Shown here: piece after piece, positions 39,149 to 52,504 of the stretch
Layout: each line of letters begins with the position of its first letter
Numbering within the stretch: the first letter of the stretch is position 1
Assembly: GCF_006345805.1 (NCBI RefSeq)
Contig: NC_042998.1
Location: 91,698,001 to 91,762,000 of the forward strand
Reading direction: 5' to 3'
Length of the DNA stretch: 64,000 nucleotides
Source of the DNA: Octopus sinensis
Lineage: Eukaryota
Notes under the pieces: model-generated
Seen by the model: only the letters and a program-made list of their open reading frames with translations
Databases searched by the model: none
What the model was told of the DNA's origin: nothing
Program-made: the position numbers and the translations under genes

Positions 39149-40014
39149 GTAAGTATCCTTTTAGTATATTTTAATATGCTTTACACGACAGTGATCAATT
39201 TAAAGTAGAAATAAATTTCTTTGAAAACTAATTTTATATAATCTGGCTAGTTCTTTAAGCAATGGTTTCCATCATAGGCAAAAAGCCAAAAATTATGGGA
39301 AATATAGTGAATTAACTTGACCTTATAAATAACGAGTACTTACTTTATTGAGCTGAAAATGATAGAGCACACATGTAACTAAATATATTGATACAACTTT
39401 ATCTGGTGCTCTAACAATTCTGCCAATCCACTTAAACTCTGTCATAAAACCACAAAATTTAAATTTTATTTCTTTATTATAACAATGATCAGAACAAAAT
39501 TTATATATTTTTTTCAGCTAATATATTATTCTTGATGAGAACAAAACTGATATATTACTTTACTAACAGTAGCAGATGTGAGTTGTCAATAATGAAGTCA
39601 TCATCGTCGTTTAACTTTCATTTAATTATTCTACTATTGACACACAGTGCATATCTACAACTGTTAGTAGAATCAGTTATGATATTAATATTTATTGGTG
39701 CTAAAAACATTCATGGATTGCTTATGACAATAAGTAGTGAAAATCTGAAAACTGTAAAGACACCATGAACATTATTTCTAAACTAGAAATTTTAGCTATT
39801 AGTGTTCAGTGGATAAGATTAGGAATTCAACTGTTAATCTTGCTTACAAGACAAGTGGTTCAGATTTCATGAATAACTGATAACAATGAAACCACTATGG
39901 AAGAGTCAATTAAGAAAAGAGTAATTGTTCAAATTTCTCAAACTTACTAAATTAAAAAATGAAATGTGAATGATGTTAATGGTGATAATTATATCATTAT
40001 TTCTTTCCATACAG

Positions 40015-40317
40015 CTGTTCCTTCCAGACCAAGAGACTTTGAAATTGTTGATGTGCAGCGCACATCAATTAGTATTAAATGGAAAGAACCTAAAGATGAT
40101 GGTGGTTCACCCATTACCGGCTACATTATTGAAAGGAAATATCCAAAATCTAAGGTTTGGAGTCGTGTTGATGAAGTTGATGCATCTACATTGAAAAGCA
40201 CTTTGACTAACTTATATGAGAAAGCTGAATATATGTTCAGAGTGACTGCTGTTAACAAAATTGGAAACAGTTCACCTCTTGAAAGTGATGGACCAATCGT
40301 TGCAAAGAGTCCATTTG
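40015..40317 (+). CDS. Exon 38, FN3 domain 43, type C
   Basis: catacag; VPSRPRDFEIVDVQRT...VAKSPF; GTATGA; 303 nt. Confidence 0.92.
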
Positions 40318-40687
40318 GTATGATCATATTATTTCATCATTTAAAATTATATAATCTTGAAATTCTTAATTATATAGTAAAGTAACTGAATACATTCTAG
40401 CAGAATTTAAATTGAAACCCTTGGCTATAATTGTTGTAGACAGTTCTGCTAAATTTACCTGCTAAATTTACTTACTTAATGTAGTCTATATCATAATTAT
40501 ATGTATTCTTGACACCATTAATAACACCTGCAATTTCAAAACTAGAATAATTTTCTTTAATTGGTGAGACTACCTTCATTAAACAGCATTTATATTTTGA
40601 AAATGTGTACAAAATGTTTGACATTTAAAATTCAATTAAATTGTATGAAATTATATTTTAAAGTTTTCCTTGCTTTCTAACTTGCAG

Positions 40688-40993
40688 ATGTTCCATCTCC
40701 ACCTATTGGTCCATTGGTTATTGATAACGTAACCCAAAGTACAGCTGACCTGCATTGGAAGGCACCTGAAAGTGATGGTGGTACACCTATCACTAGCTAT
40801 ATCATTGAATATAGAACAATTACCCGAACAACATGGTCAAAGGCTGGAACTGTTGATGCAAAAACTACTACATTTACTGTGGAAGATCTTAGTGTAGACA
40901 CTGAATATTTCTTCAGAGTCATTGCCACTAATTCTGAAGGCAATAGTGCACCTTTGGAGACCAGAGATATTACCAAACCAATGAAAAAATTAT
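40688..40993 (+). CDS. Exon 39, FN3 domain 44, type A
   Basis: cttgcag; VPSPPIGPLVIDNVT...TKPMKKL; GTAAGT; 306 nt. Confidence 0.92.
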
Positions 40994-41548
40994 GTAAGTT
41001 TTAAAATATTTTTGTTTTGTTGCAAAACAGTAAGTTTATTTATATAATGATATATTTAGCTTGAATTCAAAAAGAATACCAGACTCTGAGTTGACAATTT
41101 AAATAACATATTCATAAATTTCTTGAAATTATTCTTTCTTCTCTACAAAATAATTTCTGTTTAACATTTTACTACTTCTCAACCTTGAATACACTTTATC
41201 CTTTTGACAATTTTAAATGAAATGTATCATTTTTTTTTGTTTTGGTAAAAAGCCCTCAATCTGTGGGAATGTTCAATTGATTGAATCACTGTCTGGATCT
41301 GAAAGATCAAAAGAAAAAACTTCAATAATACTTTATTTTTTGTGTATGTGGAGTATATGCTTATTGCTTTTATTCCAAAGATTATTAAGTTGTTATCAAT
41401 ATTTGCTTCTTACTTTTTTGACCTTTGATACACAGTTACTCACACAAACACATATACATTTCCTTTTTTGTTTTAGAATTGTTACTTTTATTTTAGTTTC
41501 TTTATAAGTTTAGATATTCAATATTCTTTGATTTTCATATATTTTCAG

Positions 41549-41851
41549 TGCCACCAGGTCCACCAGTGAATTTCGAAGCAAATAGAGTGGGACAGAATTT
41601 CGTTGATTTACAATGGAGTGCTCCACTCTCGGATGGCGGGTCTGCAATTACAGAATATGTTGTCCAAAAGTCATCACCTAAAAAGGATGACTGGACCAAA
41701 GTTGCCTCTGTTTCTTCTTACCAGACTTATTGCCGTGCAAGCAATCTGTCTGAAAATACAGATTATTACTTTTCAGTGGAAGCCATTAACAAAGTTGGCA
41801 AAAGTGAACCATGTGAAATGAAAAATGCAGTAACTACTCAGAAAGGATTGC
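41549..41851 (+). CDS. Exon 40, FN3 domain 45, type B
   Basis: ttttcag; PPGPPVNFEANRVG...TQKGL; GTAAGT; 303 nt. Confidence 0.92.
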
Positions 41852-42348
41852 GTAAGTATTATACATTTTTGATTAATTATGTTATTAGAATAAGATGTTT
41901 AGAACTTTGTATTTATATTTTACTACTAGTTAACTTTTATTACATTTTCGAACTTTCTTATGATTTATATGATATTAAAGGTAAGGATAATTCTTGGTCA
42001 TAAAAATATGTTCATAATTTAATTTAAATATTAACATATGTTAACATTAGTTACAATGGGACTAGTAGCCAAATCCAATGACTTGGTCTGTTATTTACCA
42101 CTGCTTTCATTTTGGGAAACGTTTTACATTTTTATCAAAGAAATGAGTATTAATCTCATATTTTATTATTAATGACCAAATATGAAAGAAATGACTAAAT
42201 GAAAATAAGAAAAGAAGACATAAAATTGAAACTTTAGAGAAATTTAAAGGAATCCTTGTATTTAATTGCACAATATTTTAACAGTGTTCTTTGTGACTTA
42301 AAATACCACTGTAGTACTGTAGTTCTTTTCTTCCGTAATTGAAAATTT

Positions 42349-42380
<32 letters not shown>

Positions 42381-42667
42381 TCTAGTTGTAATGAATATAG
42401 AATATAGAAAACAGAATTTATCTTGTATTACTTCATAGCATTTTCTTTTGACATACAAAATTATCTGTCTTATTCAGGAGTGTTACATAGAATTCTTTTT
42501 CTAGTGAAATTTTTCTTGTAGAACAATGCTTAAATATTGTTACTTAGCTGTAATTAATTGTCACTTCTTAAGATCAGTTTGTAATTTAATAAAAGCTATT
42601 CTGAATTAAAGATTTAGAATAACAATAAGTGTTTTGTTATTATCATTATTTTTTGGCTTAATTTTAG

Positions 42668-42973
42668 TTTGTCCATCAAGACCTAAAGGACCACTTAATG
42701 TTACAAATGTTCAACGCAATTCTATGACATTGACATGGAAAGCCCCAGAAGATGATGGTGGTAGTCCTATTACTGGCTACATCGTTGAAAAGAAAGTTGC
42801 TTCAAGTAAATATTGGTCAAAAGTGGATAAAGTGTCTGAAAAGACTCTTTCATTACCTGTAAGTCAACTTGAAGAGAAAACTGAATATCACTTTAGAGTG
42901 ATTGCAGAAAACAAAATTGGTCAAAGTGAACCTCTGGAGACAAAGGATGCTACTCTAGCAAAGAGTCCATTCG
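42668..42973 (+). CDS. Exon 41, FN3 domain 46, type C
   Basis: attttag; CPSRPKGPLNVTNVQRN...LAKSPF; GTAAGA; 306 nt. Confidence 0.92.
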
Positions 42974-43064
42974 GTAAGAAGCATTCTACATTTTTAAAAC
43001 TATTTTCTAATAATAATAATGATGATAATGACGACAATGATGATGATAATGATGATAAATAATC

Positions 43065-43275
43065 CTTTATACTGGAAGCACAAGGCCTCAAATTTGGCAG
43101 AAGGGATTCAGTCCATTACATCGACTCCAGTGCATAAATGGCACTTTATTACTCTTCTGAAAGGATGAAAGGCAATGTCGAACCAGGCAGAATTTGAACT
43201 CAGAACATAACAGTAGATGAAATACTGCTAAACATTTCACCTGGCATGCTAACACTTCTGCCAGCTTGCTGTCTT
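43065..43275 (-). mobile_element. SINE-like family S5, reverse copy
   Basis: aaaggatgaaaggcaatgtcgaacc.ggcagaatttgaactcagaac is the reverse complement of the S5 core. Confidence 0.65.
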
Positions 43276-43414
43276 AATAATACTGATAAATAACAATCAT
43301 TAAATTATTATTCAAATCATTAAATATTTATTTAATTAAATATTTGTTTATTTAAATATCCTTAATATTTAAATAAAATGTTGATGATATTTTTTAAAAC
43401 TTTTAATATTTCAG

Positions 43415-43720
43415 ATGTCCCATCACGACCTATTGGGCCATTAGAAGTAACAGATGTTACCAGTAATTCAGCCAATTTGACTTGGAAAGCACCAGAAAAA
43501 GATGGTGGTAGTCCACTTATTAATTATATCATTGAATACAAATTGGCTTCAAGGTCCTTCTGGGCTAAAGCGGGCACATGTAATGCAAAATGTACCACTT
43601 TCAATGTCACAAGTTTGATGGAAGATTCAGACTACTTCTTCCGTGTTATGGCTGTTAATAAGGAAGGACAAAGCTTGCCATTGGAGACTCTTGATTCTAC
43701 AAGACCAACTAAGAAACTCA
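43415..43720 (+). CDS. Exon 42, FN3 domain 47, type A
   Basis: atttcag; VPSRPIGPLEVTDVT...RPTKKL; GTAAGT; 306 nt. Confidence 0.92.
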
Positions 43721-44021
43721 GTAAGTCAATATTTAGAAAACATATATAGATTCAAATTACTTGTAACATGTTGAAAAAAAAATACCACACTTATTGTTTT
43801 TACTTGTAATTTTACAAAATTTATGCATAATTTTTTAAACTTCTGCACAAACTCTCTGTATTAAAATTATTAGTTGTTAATAAATAGTAAATATACAATT
43901 GCATATTGACTATGTACAAATATATTCAGAGTGGTGAGAAATGCACATGCATACTTTAGCTTACATAGTCTTTTGTTTTATTGTGAATAGAAAATTTACT
44001 TAAAATCATTCATGTTTACAG

Positions 44022-44324
44022 ATGTACCAGATGCTCCAATTTACCTCCGCTCCACAAAGATTGGGTCAGACTATGCTATTTTAGAATGGAAACCACCAAT
44101 ACACGATGGTGGCTCAAGAATTACACAGTACACGCTTAAAAAGCGAGAATCACCTACTGATGTTGCCACTGATGTTCTTTCCACTAGTGGACGTGAACAT
44201 GTTGCAACAGTGAAAGGGCTCAAGCAAACCATCAACTACTACTTTTCAGTCGTTGCTGAAAATAAAATTGGATCAAGCAAACCATGTGAAGCGGATGATG
44301 CAGTGACATTATCAAAACCACTTG
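44022..44324 (+). CDS. Exon 43, FN3 domain 48, type B (Trp-less subtype)
   Basis: tttacag; VPDAPIYLRSTKIG...LSKPL; GTATGT; 303 nt. Confidence 0.92.
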
Positions 44325-44340
44325 GTATGTTTTGTTTTTA

Positions 44341-44394
44341 ATAAATTATTAAATGTCACTTATATATATAAATTATTAAATGTCACTTATATAT
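44341..44394. repeat. 27-bp tandem duplication
   Basis: ataaattattaaatgtcacttatatat x2. Confidence 0.9.
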
Positions 44395-45178
44395 AGATGA
44401 TCTTTTATTTTAAATCTTTTACTTATTTTATATTTCCTAGAATTTTATACCCATCTGTTTATTTCTTTACAACAAGTGAAATATTAAGTAACTTAACTTA
44501 ATCTGTAATAACTATAGAAGCCTTTCCCCTCTCATATTTATGGGTTTTTATTAAAACAATTGACTTTTTTCTTGAGCTAAAACCTATTCCAGGACTCATT
44601 TCTCAAGCCTGAGTAACTAACTTTAAACTAGGAAACTTGTGAAATTAGAAGGAAACCTTGTGTTAAGCTGTAACTTCCTGTTTTCTGACAATTATTAAAC
44701 ATTATTGTAGCTAATGATATTCTTACCATAATCATATTAATATGCTTTATTTTATCAATGAGTTCTAACTGGTTGCATCTTAGTGCACCAGTAAGTATCT
44801 CAACCATTGTTTGCAATGCATTGCGTTCCTAGAAAAGACACTCAATAATTGTAAAAAAAAAAACAATTTGAGATACATTTAGCTTTAAACTAAGAAGAAC
44901 AACTATTTTTATATTTTCTAATGAAATTTGATATAAATGAATAACAGTTGCATAGAATCAGCAAAAAGAGTACACTTGTTTTGAGTGGAAAATCCAGCAT
45001 TTCTGACAGAATCCTTCTGCACTGAACAGTTGACACGACTTTGTTTAAAATATTAGATTATCCACTTCCCATGGCAAGTTCATGGTATTTCTTTCTTTTA
45101 TTTTTTTGTCAATTTCACTAGATAATACAAGTCTTGCTAGTGCAGGCCAGCACCAGTCTTTTTGGATTCTGTTTTTTT

Positions 45179-45192
45179 TCTCTCTCTCTCTC

Positions 45193-45247
<55 letters not shown>
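45179..45247. repeat. (CT)n(CA)n microsatellite
   Basis: Direct reading. Confidence 0.95.
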
Positions 45248-45380
45248 AATTTCCATTGAATTATTTCTTCCAAAGCATCCCATTTTTTTACCTTGGCTTT
45301 TAACAATAATTTTAAATCATGTAAATAATGCTTATAACTTTAAAAACATCATAATTATATTTTGGGTTTCTATTTTAAAG

Positions 45381-45686
45381 ACAAACCATCAATGCCACGC
45401 GGACCACTGAAAGTCATTGATGTCGGAAGAACATCTATTTCGATTGCTTGGAAACATCCAGAAGACGATGGAGGATCTCCGTTGACTGGATTTATTATTG
45501 AGAAGAAAGAGGCTAATAGAAAGTACTGGAACCTGGTGGAACAAGTACCACCTGCAGTTACAAGTTATTCTGTTGAAAATCTTACACAGAATACTGAGTA
45601 TGACTTTAGAGTTATTGCTGTAAATAAAATTGGTCAGAGTGAACCTCTGCATACTGATGGAACCACAATGCCTAAGAGTCCATTCA
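45381..45686 (+). CDS. Exon 44, FN3 domain 49, type C'
   Basis: tttaaag; KPSMPRGPLKVIDVGRT...MPKSPF; GTAAGT; 306 nt. Confidence 0.9.
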
Positions 45687-46049
45687 GTAAGTGTCATTTT
45701 TTTTGTCTTAATGACTCTAATTTTGCCTCCTCCTCCTCCTCATCATCATCATCACCATCACCACCACCACCACCACCATCATATCATTGTTGTTTTTACA
45801 TCTACATTTTTTAATATGCTGAGATGGGTTGGACAAGAATACTTGAGACTATTGGCTACAGCCAGATTCCCTACCTGGTTCCAACTGTTATTTGATTTTC
45901 AAGTAAAATATATTTTTCCACTGGTCTTTTGCATATTGAACCACCAAACTGTGCAGTATGTTTGTTTATGCAAAAAGAAATGTTAACACTACCCTAGTGA
46001 TGTCAATGCAAATAAGTTGCAAAGACAAACACTCATACCCATACATGTA

Positions 46050-46265
46050 TAGACAGACACATACACACACATGCACATGTATGCATGCATGTGCACACAG
46101 TCTCACACATGATGGGCTTTCATACAGTGTCTGTCTACCAAATGTCATTCACAAATATTAGCTGACCCATGGTTATAGTAGAAAATACTTGCTTAAGTAA
46201 TCACAGATCAAACTCAAAACTGAGTTGTAAAGTGAAATGCTTGACCACACAGCCATGCCTGCACC
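46050..46265 (-). mobile_element. SINE-like family S2 5' part, reverse copy
   Basis: gggctttc..acagt.tctgtctaccaaat...accacacagccatgcctgcac mirrors 8605-8780. Confidence 0.55.
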
Positions 46266-46421
46266 TTCATGTGAAATATTCTCATGAAAACAAAAATGAC
46301 TTGTTTTATAAGGGTTAATTACAATTTTTTTATAATTATTCATCCAAAATTTAATTCTTGCTTATAAATTCAGTTTCTATTTATTTCATTTACAACATAT
46401 AATTTTTTTTTCTATTTCTAG

Positions 46422-46727
46422 ATGTACCAGGACGTCCTAAAGGTCCATTGGAAGTCATTAAAGTTTCCTATGACTATGTGGATCTTGAATGGAGAAATCC
46501 GGACAGCGATGGTGGTAGTCCTATTACAAAGTATATAATTGAAGTCAGAAATGCCTCACGCTTAACATGGCATAAATCTTCAGAAGTTGAACCACACATT
46601 ACTGTAGCCAGAGTTCAAGGCTTAAGTGAAGGAACTGAGTACTACTTCCGTGTGATTGCTGTTAATGCAGAAGGAGAAAGTCCACCCCTAGAAACAACTG
46701 AGACAACAAAACCAACAAGGGAAATAG
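46422..46727 (+). CDS. Exon 45, FN3 domain 50, type A'
   Basis: tttctag; VPGRPKGPLEVIKVS...PTREI; GTAAAT; 306 nt. Confidence 0.92.
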
Positions 46728-47194
46728 GTAAATATTTTCAATTTGCATTTTGAATTAGAATATTTTCCTACCAATATTATTATATCGAAACAAATTTAAA
46801 GTGCAATAGATAACTTAAAATTTTAAATGTACTTGTACAAAAAAATTATTTTGGTCTTCCCTAGATCTGTGGCCAAAATTAACAATTAATATTTTTGTTG
46901 GAATTACAATTTTTTCATATTATTTCCTTTGAGAAAATATTTGCAATTTAACTTCCATTTTATTTGTAAACTTTTTAAAACCATGTTTTCATTTGCATCT
47001 TAAAATTAAAAAGAAAATTTTTCTAATTTCATCTTTGACTAATTTGAAAATAATCTGTGTATTGTGATTTTATAATAACTATTTAAATAATCTGTTATGG
47101 ATCTGTTCTTTATGTAAATTATTTTTTCATAGAAGTTAATGTTTTGTTTTAAAATTTGATGTTGACCACTCTTTTGTTATTTCTATTTGTGTAG

Positions 47195-47497
47195 TTCCTC
47201 CAGGACCTCCTATCAACTTACATGCTACTAAGATTGGCTGTGACTTTGTACAACTTGAATGGCGACCACCAAGAGATGATGGTGGCAGCAAGATTACAAG
47301 ATATATTGTACAACAGAAGAAAAATCGCACTGATGACTGGACTCGTGTTACATCAGTGGATGGTGTGGACACATCTAATCTCGTTACCAATTTGAAAGAA
47401 GGAACTCCTTATTATTTCAGTGTTTTTGCTGAAAATAAAGCTGGACCTGGAAAACTCTGTGAAACTACAGATGCTATTGTGCCAACCCGGGAAATGA
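47195..47497 (+). CDS. Exon 46, FN3 domain 51, type B (absent from ORF track)
   Basis: tgtgtag; PPGPPINLHATKIGCDF...PTREM; GTAAGT; 303 nt. Confidence 0.9.
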
Positions 47498-48396
47498 GTA
47501 AGTAACACAATTTCAAAAATATTTTAACATCTCTAGCCTTAGACATAAACTAACAGCGATCTATCACATTTAAAATTTTAAATAATAAAAACTGAAGGAT
47601 TGCCCTTTGGAGTGATACTCTGTTCAATAGTGGGACTCCTCTGGAAAACCATTTCTGTTTGCACTTTTTAATTATCTACAAAACTATCTGGAGGAAGGTA
47701 CAGGTGGAATTTTTGTTAACCAGAACCCACTGTTTTCCACAAGCAGTAGAGTAAATTCCACTATAGGCAGCCCACAGATAAAAGGTGGTGTTAAACTTGA
47801 AGACTCATTAAAATATAACAGTAAGAACTATATTTATTTATCATGTCATCAATACTGATGATGTGGTGTTACCTATGCTGAGCAGTTTAATTTTGGAGTA
47901 ATCAGCTATAGAAGTCATTTTTCTCAATCTGAGTTAAGTCTCTGCATAGGAATATAGTACAAATTTCCAAGATACAAGATTAGGCAAAATTAAACAAAAT
48001 AATGATTTTATTTCAAATTTATTTTGTTTTACTAAAGTCATCATAAACCTACATATTACTGGAAATTTATTAATTAAATTTGAATTGTTAACTTGAAAGA
48101 CTTACATCACAAGTAATTTACATTTAGCCAAGATATGTTCCTTTAAAAGAGTTAAAGACCAAGAAATAAAATCTCATCTACAAATGAATTAAGTTTAATT
48201 AGTATATTTTAAATCATGAATATTTAAAATTAAAAATCAAATCTATATTCTAATTAAAATAAAATTAATTTGTCATTAAGTTACCTTTATAGCATATTAT
48301 ATATCTTCATAAAAGTATAGGTTATGGTAAGAATTTATGTTCCTCCTTGATTGGGACAAGAGCTAAGAAATTGAATCATGTTCTTTTCTATTTTAG

Positions 48397-48702
48397 GTGT
48401 TCCTTCTGCACCAGCTGGACCTCTTGATATCATTGATGTACAACGAACTTCCATCACAATCAAATGGAAGCCACCGAAGAATGATGGTGGCACACCAATT
48501 ATTGGTTACATAGTAGAGAAAAAGCATCCATCATCATTCCTCTGGAATAGAATGGAACAAGTTACAGCAAATACCTTGCAGTATTACTGTGAAAAGCTGT
48601 TTGAGAAAACTGAATATTTGTTCCGAGTTATTGCTGTTAACAATGTTGGAGAGAGTGTTCCTCTGGAAGCTGAGGGAGCAACATTAGCACGAAGTCCTCG
48701 TG
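48397..48702 (+). CDS. Exon 47, FN3 domain 52, type C
   Basis: attttag; VPSAPAGPLDIIDVQRT...LARSPR; GTAATT; 306 nt. Confidence 0.92.
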
Positions 48703-48847
48703 GTAATTAAATATTCAATTCAAAAAAAAAATTTTGGGGAAATTAGAAAGTTGATATATGTACAAATTAAAATAAGTTTGTGTGAAAACGAGTTTACATA
48801 AAACATTAACGTTTTTCATTTTTAACACCTGTTCATTCCACAACATT

Positions 48848-48893
<46 letters not shown>

Positions 48894-49052
48894 TTTTTTA
48901 AAATGTATATGTATGTGTTGTGTGTTAGTGTAGTTGTGTTTGTTTACATTATGCTCTATGAAAGTTGTGAGGTATGAGCAGTATTCTTCTTGTCATGTCT
49001 GCTAAAAGATTGTCTGTATACTTCATGCCTTCAAAGAAGTATGAAATAAGAG

Positions 49053-49239
49053 ATGTAATGCTTATTTATTCACTTTGTTTTGAATTAATTCTGTATTAGC
49101 TAATAGCTTGGGGATTTTTGATGATGTGATTGTTTACATTACAATGACATTATGAAGAGGCTAAATCTGGCCAGTTTTTACATAAATATGGGTAAAATAT
49201 TTTGGACTAGATATGCTGATTTAAATGCTAAAGGATTAA
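49053..49239. mobile_element. Partial second copy of the piggyBac-like MITE
   Basis: atgtaatgcttatttattcac...gatgtgattgttta...aaatgctaaagga-ttaa aligns with 5613-5809. Confidence 0.7.
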
Positions 49240-49505
49240 AGCTGGAAAGGAAGGGAGCTAACACCTTGCCTCTTAATCAAGTAGATTCAATTTTCTAGGA
49301 AACAATTTGCAATTTCCTGAAATTAATTTCCCTTGCCTTTGGAAGTCACCTAAGAATTCCTATTAGGTTTTTGTTTACTTTCTCCAGTTTAGATGCAGAT
49401 TTCAATTCATTAAGAGTTTTTTGCATACATCAGTCAGTACATTACCATTTACCTAAATATTACAACAGTGTGATGTATAGACACTGTTCCCTTTTGTTCA
49501 CAATT

Positions 49506-49670
49506 GTTTAACGTCTGCTTTCCATGCTAGTATGGGTTGGACGATTTGACGCTCAAGTGGTGTTTTTTTATGTGCCACCAGCAGAGGAGCCAGTCCAGTA
49601 GCACTGGCAACGACCTTGCTCAAATGGTTTTCATGTGCCACTGGCACAAGTGCCTGTAAGGCAATGCTGG
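49506..49670 (-). mobile_element. SINE-like family S1, internally deleted reverse copy
   Basis: gtttaacgtctgctttccatgctagtatgggttggacgatttgac...ttttatgtgccacc. Confidence 0.7.
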
Positions 49671-49788
49671 TAAAGAAACCAGCAGATTGATTTGCAAACT
49701 ATTGTTATTTAATTCTATATATTGCAACAACATTTTATAAACAAACTTTGGAAGTATTGAATGTGTTTGGTATTTTACAGAAAAGAAA

Positions 49789-49938
49789 GTAAATTCCGAA
49801 TGCAGCATAGCTGTAAAAACAGCAGAAAGATATTGGGTATTTTTACCTTTATAAGAAAAAAATAGTTTTTCCATTTTATAAGGGTAAAATACCCAATCTT
49901 TCTGTTGTTTATTCAGTTATGCTGCATTCAGAATTTAC
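49789..49938. repeat. Long imperfect inverted repeat (about 65-bp arms, about 20-nt loop)
   Basis: gtaaattccgaatgcagcatagctg...ttacctttataa pairs with ttataagggtaa...cagttatgctgcattcagaatttac. Confidence 0.9.
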
Positions 49939-50204
49939 ATTTTTGTCTATGTATTGTTATTTTGTTTTCTACTTAAACTTTTACAATGCTGAAGAACCCA
50001 ACAACATATTAAATACTTCTTTAAGTTTTCCCTCTACTTCTATAATTTAGTTTCTAGCAACTATTTTTTAATTTTCAAATATTTACTCAGTGTTCAGTTA
50101 TGGTATAAATAACAAAAATAATATGAAATAAATATATGTGCATTTACCTTTTGATAAATTGGATTTTATTTCTTTTAAAATGATTTAACTATACAACTTT
50201 TCAG

Positions 50205-50510
50205 ATGTTCCATCTCCTCCTGTTGGTCCATTAATAATTGATGGAGTCACAGAGCACACAGCAGATCTTGAATGGAAACCTTCTGAAAAAGATGGTGGCT
50301 CTCCTATTACAGGTTATCTGATTGAATATAGATCAGTAACCCGAAGCACCTGGTCTAAAGCAGGTACAGTTGATGCACATACAACTAGATTTACTGCTAA
50401 AGACCTGATTCCAGGAACAGAATACTATTTCCGTGTAATAGCCATGAACTCTGAAGGAAACAGTCGACCTCTTGAATCGAAAGAACTTATAAAACCAATG
50501 AAGAAACTAA
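50205..50510 (+). CDS. Exon 48, FN3 domain 53, type A (absent from ORF track)
   Basis: ttttcag; VPSPPVGPLIIDGVTEHTADLEW...IKPMKKL; GTAAGT; 306 nt. Confidence 0.9.
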
Positions 50511-51020
50511 GTAAGTTACTTAATTACAATATTTCAGATATATATGGTTTCTTAAAAAATGAGAAGAAACTGTATTAGTTTTTCTGGGTTTTTTTCCTGT
50601 ATATTTGCATAACTAGTTATCCTGTATAAGTAGCTGAAGGTTCATTAAATCAAATATTTTTACTGACTGGATATTGTATCTCTAGTAAAGCTACTCAGTT
50701 GTCTGAGTTGAGTAATAAGAATTGTTATAATATTGACATCTTGTATAGGATACAGTACTCATAAATTTAGAAAATTTAAGAAGTGGATAAATGTAAAACA
50801 TAGGGTTTATGCTAATGCCATGAAATTTAGAAATGTTTCTACAGCTGTAACATTTTAAGGCATTATAATGTCTTAAAATTGTTTACCTTTTTTTAAAGTT
50901 TACCTAATTTTATATTTGCATTTCAATATTTAACTGAATATCCCTTCTATTGATGTCTTATATTCATCCATTACATTCATGTTTTACTTTATAATTTGTA
51001 TTTATTAAATTTATTTGTAG

Positions 51021-51323
51021 CTATTCCTGATGCTCCTGTTAACTTACGAGCAGCAAGAATTGGTGAAAATTTCATAGAATTAGAATGGAATCCTCCAGTT
51101 AACAATGGAGGTACTCCAATCAGAACTTATAACATTGAAATTTCCTCAGGAGCACCAGATAAATGGGTCAAACTCGCCAAAGTTTCTTCACTTGAAACTT
51201 ATTGTAAAGCAACGAAGCTTGATGAAAACATGGATTATTTCTTTAGAGTCACAGCTGAGAATGATATTGGTGTCAGTCTTCCAGCTACAACACCAAAAGC
51301 AATTACAACTAAGAAAGGCCTAT
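51021..51323 (+). CDS. Exon 49, FN3 domain 54, type B
   Basis: tttgtag; IPDAPVNLRAARIG...TKKGL; GTAAGT; 303 nt. Confidence 0.92.
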
Positions 51324-51503
51324 GTAAGTAATTAATTAAATTGTAAATTGAAATGTAGTTAATACCTTTGAAATATAAAGAAACAAATAAAAATACAGTA
51401 TTTTTAATTTAATTATTGTAATGCTTAAATGTGTATTAAGTTTTAAAATAAATATCCAATATCAAAAGAAGGATGTCTATATAAATTACAAATTTACTTT
51501 CAG

Positions 51504-51809
51504 TGGTTCCATCCAAGCCAATTGGTCCTCTTAGTGTTACTGATGTCCAGCGTAAATCTATCAGCATCAAATGGAAAGCACCATCTGATGATGGTGGTTC
51601 TCCTATTACTGGATACATCATAGAAAAACGTCCTGAGTCTGCACGATTCTGGTCAAAGGTCGATAAAGTTCGTGCTGACGTCACAGATTATTGTGTTAGG
51701 GATCTCCAAGAAAGAACTATGTATCACTTCAGAGTGATTGCTGAAAACAAAATTGGAGAGAGTGAACCTTTGGAAACTAAGGATGCCACAACAGCCAGAA
51801 GTCCATATG
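51504..51809 (+). CDS. Exon 50, FN3 domain 55, type C
   Basis: ctttcag; VPSKPIGPLSVTDVQRK...TARSPY; GTGAGT; 306 nt. Confidence 0.92.
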
Positions 51810-52066
51810 GTGAGTTCAGTCATTTTTTTATTTAAAGGCATTTCTTGATTTGGTAAAATCTTAACATAATTGAAACAAAAATAAAACTTGGAAAATAAAC
51901 TTTAATACTGAATTGAACAAATGAAATTTCATTAAAAATAAGCCAATTCAATATGGAAAGTTGCTGTAAAAATGTTAAGATGGTGTTGTTGATGTTGTTG
52001 CTGCCGTTACTAACAAATGATGACACAAATACACAATCTATTATATATTTCCTTTCTATTTTTTAG

Positions 52067-52372
52067 ATGTGCCATCTGCACCAGTTGGTCCATTGGAGAT
52101 CACAAATGTCACCAATAATTCTGCTGACTTGAGCTGGAAACCATCTGCCAATGATGGTGGTACACCAATAACTGGATACATTATTGAACACAGAGTAGAT
52201 TCCAGAACCTTCTGGACTAAGGCAGGCACTGTTAATGAGAAAACTACCACATTTACAGTACCAAATCTTACAGAAGACACAAGTTACCATTTCCGTGTCT
52301 TTGCTGTTAATGCTGAAGGACAGAGCAAACCACTTGAATCTACTGATGTCACAAAACCAGTGAGGAAGATTG
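52067..52372 (+). CDS. Exon 51, FN3 domain 56, type A
   Basis: tttttag; VPSAPVGPLEITNVT...TKPVRKI; GTGAGT; 306 nt. Confidence 0.92.
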
Positions 52373-52504
52373 GTGAGTAATAATCTATTTCTCATTAGAA
52401 TTTTGTCTTCAGATTTTCAGAAGCTTTGTATTTATATGGTAGGATATTAAAGATTATCAGAGAATTTTGTGTATTAAAAATATTTTATTGGAAATGTTTT
52501 TCAG

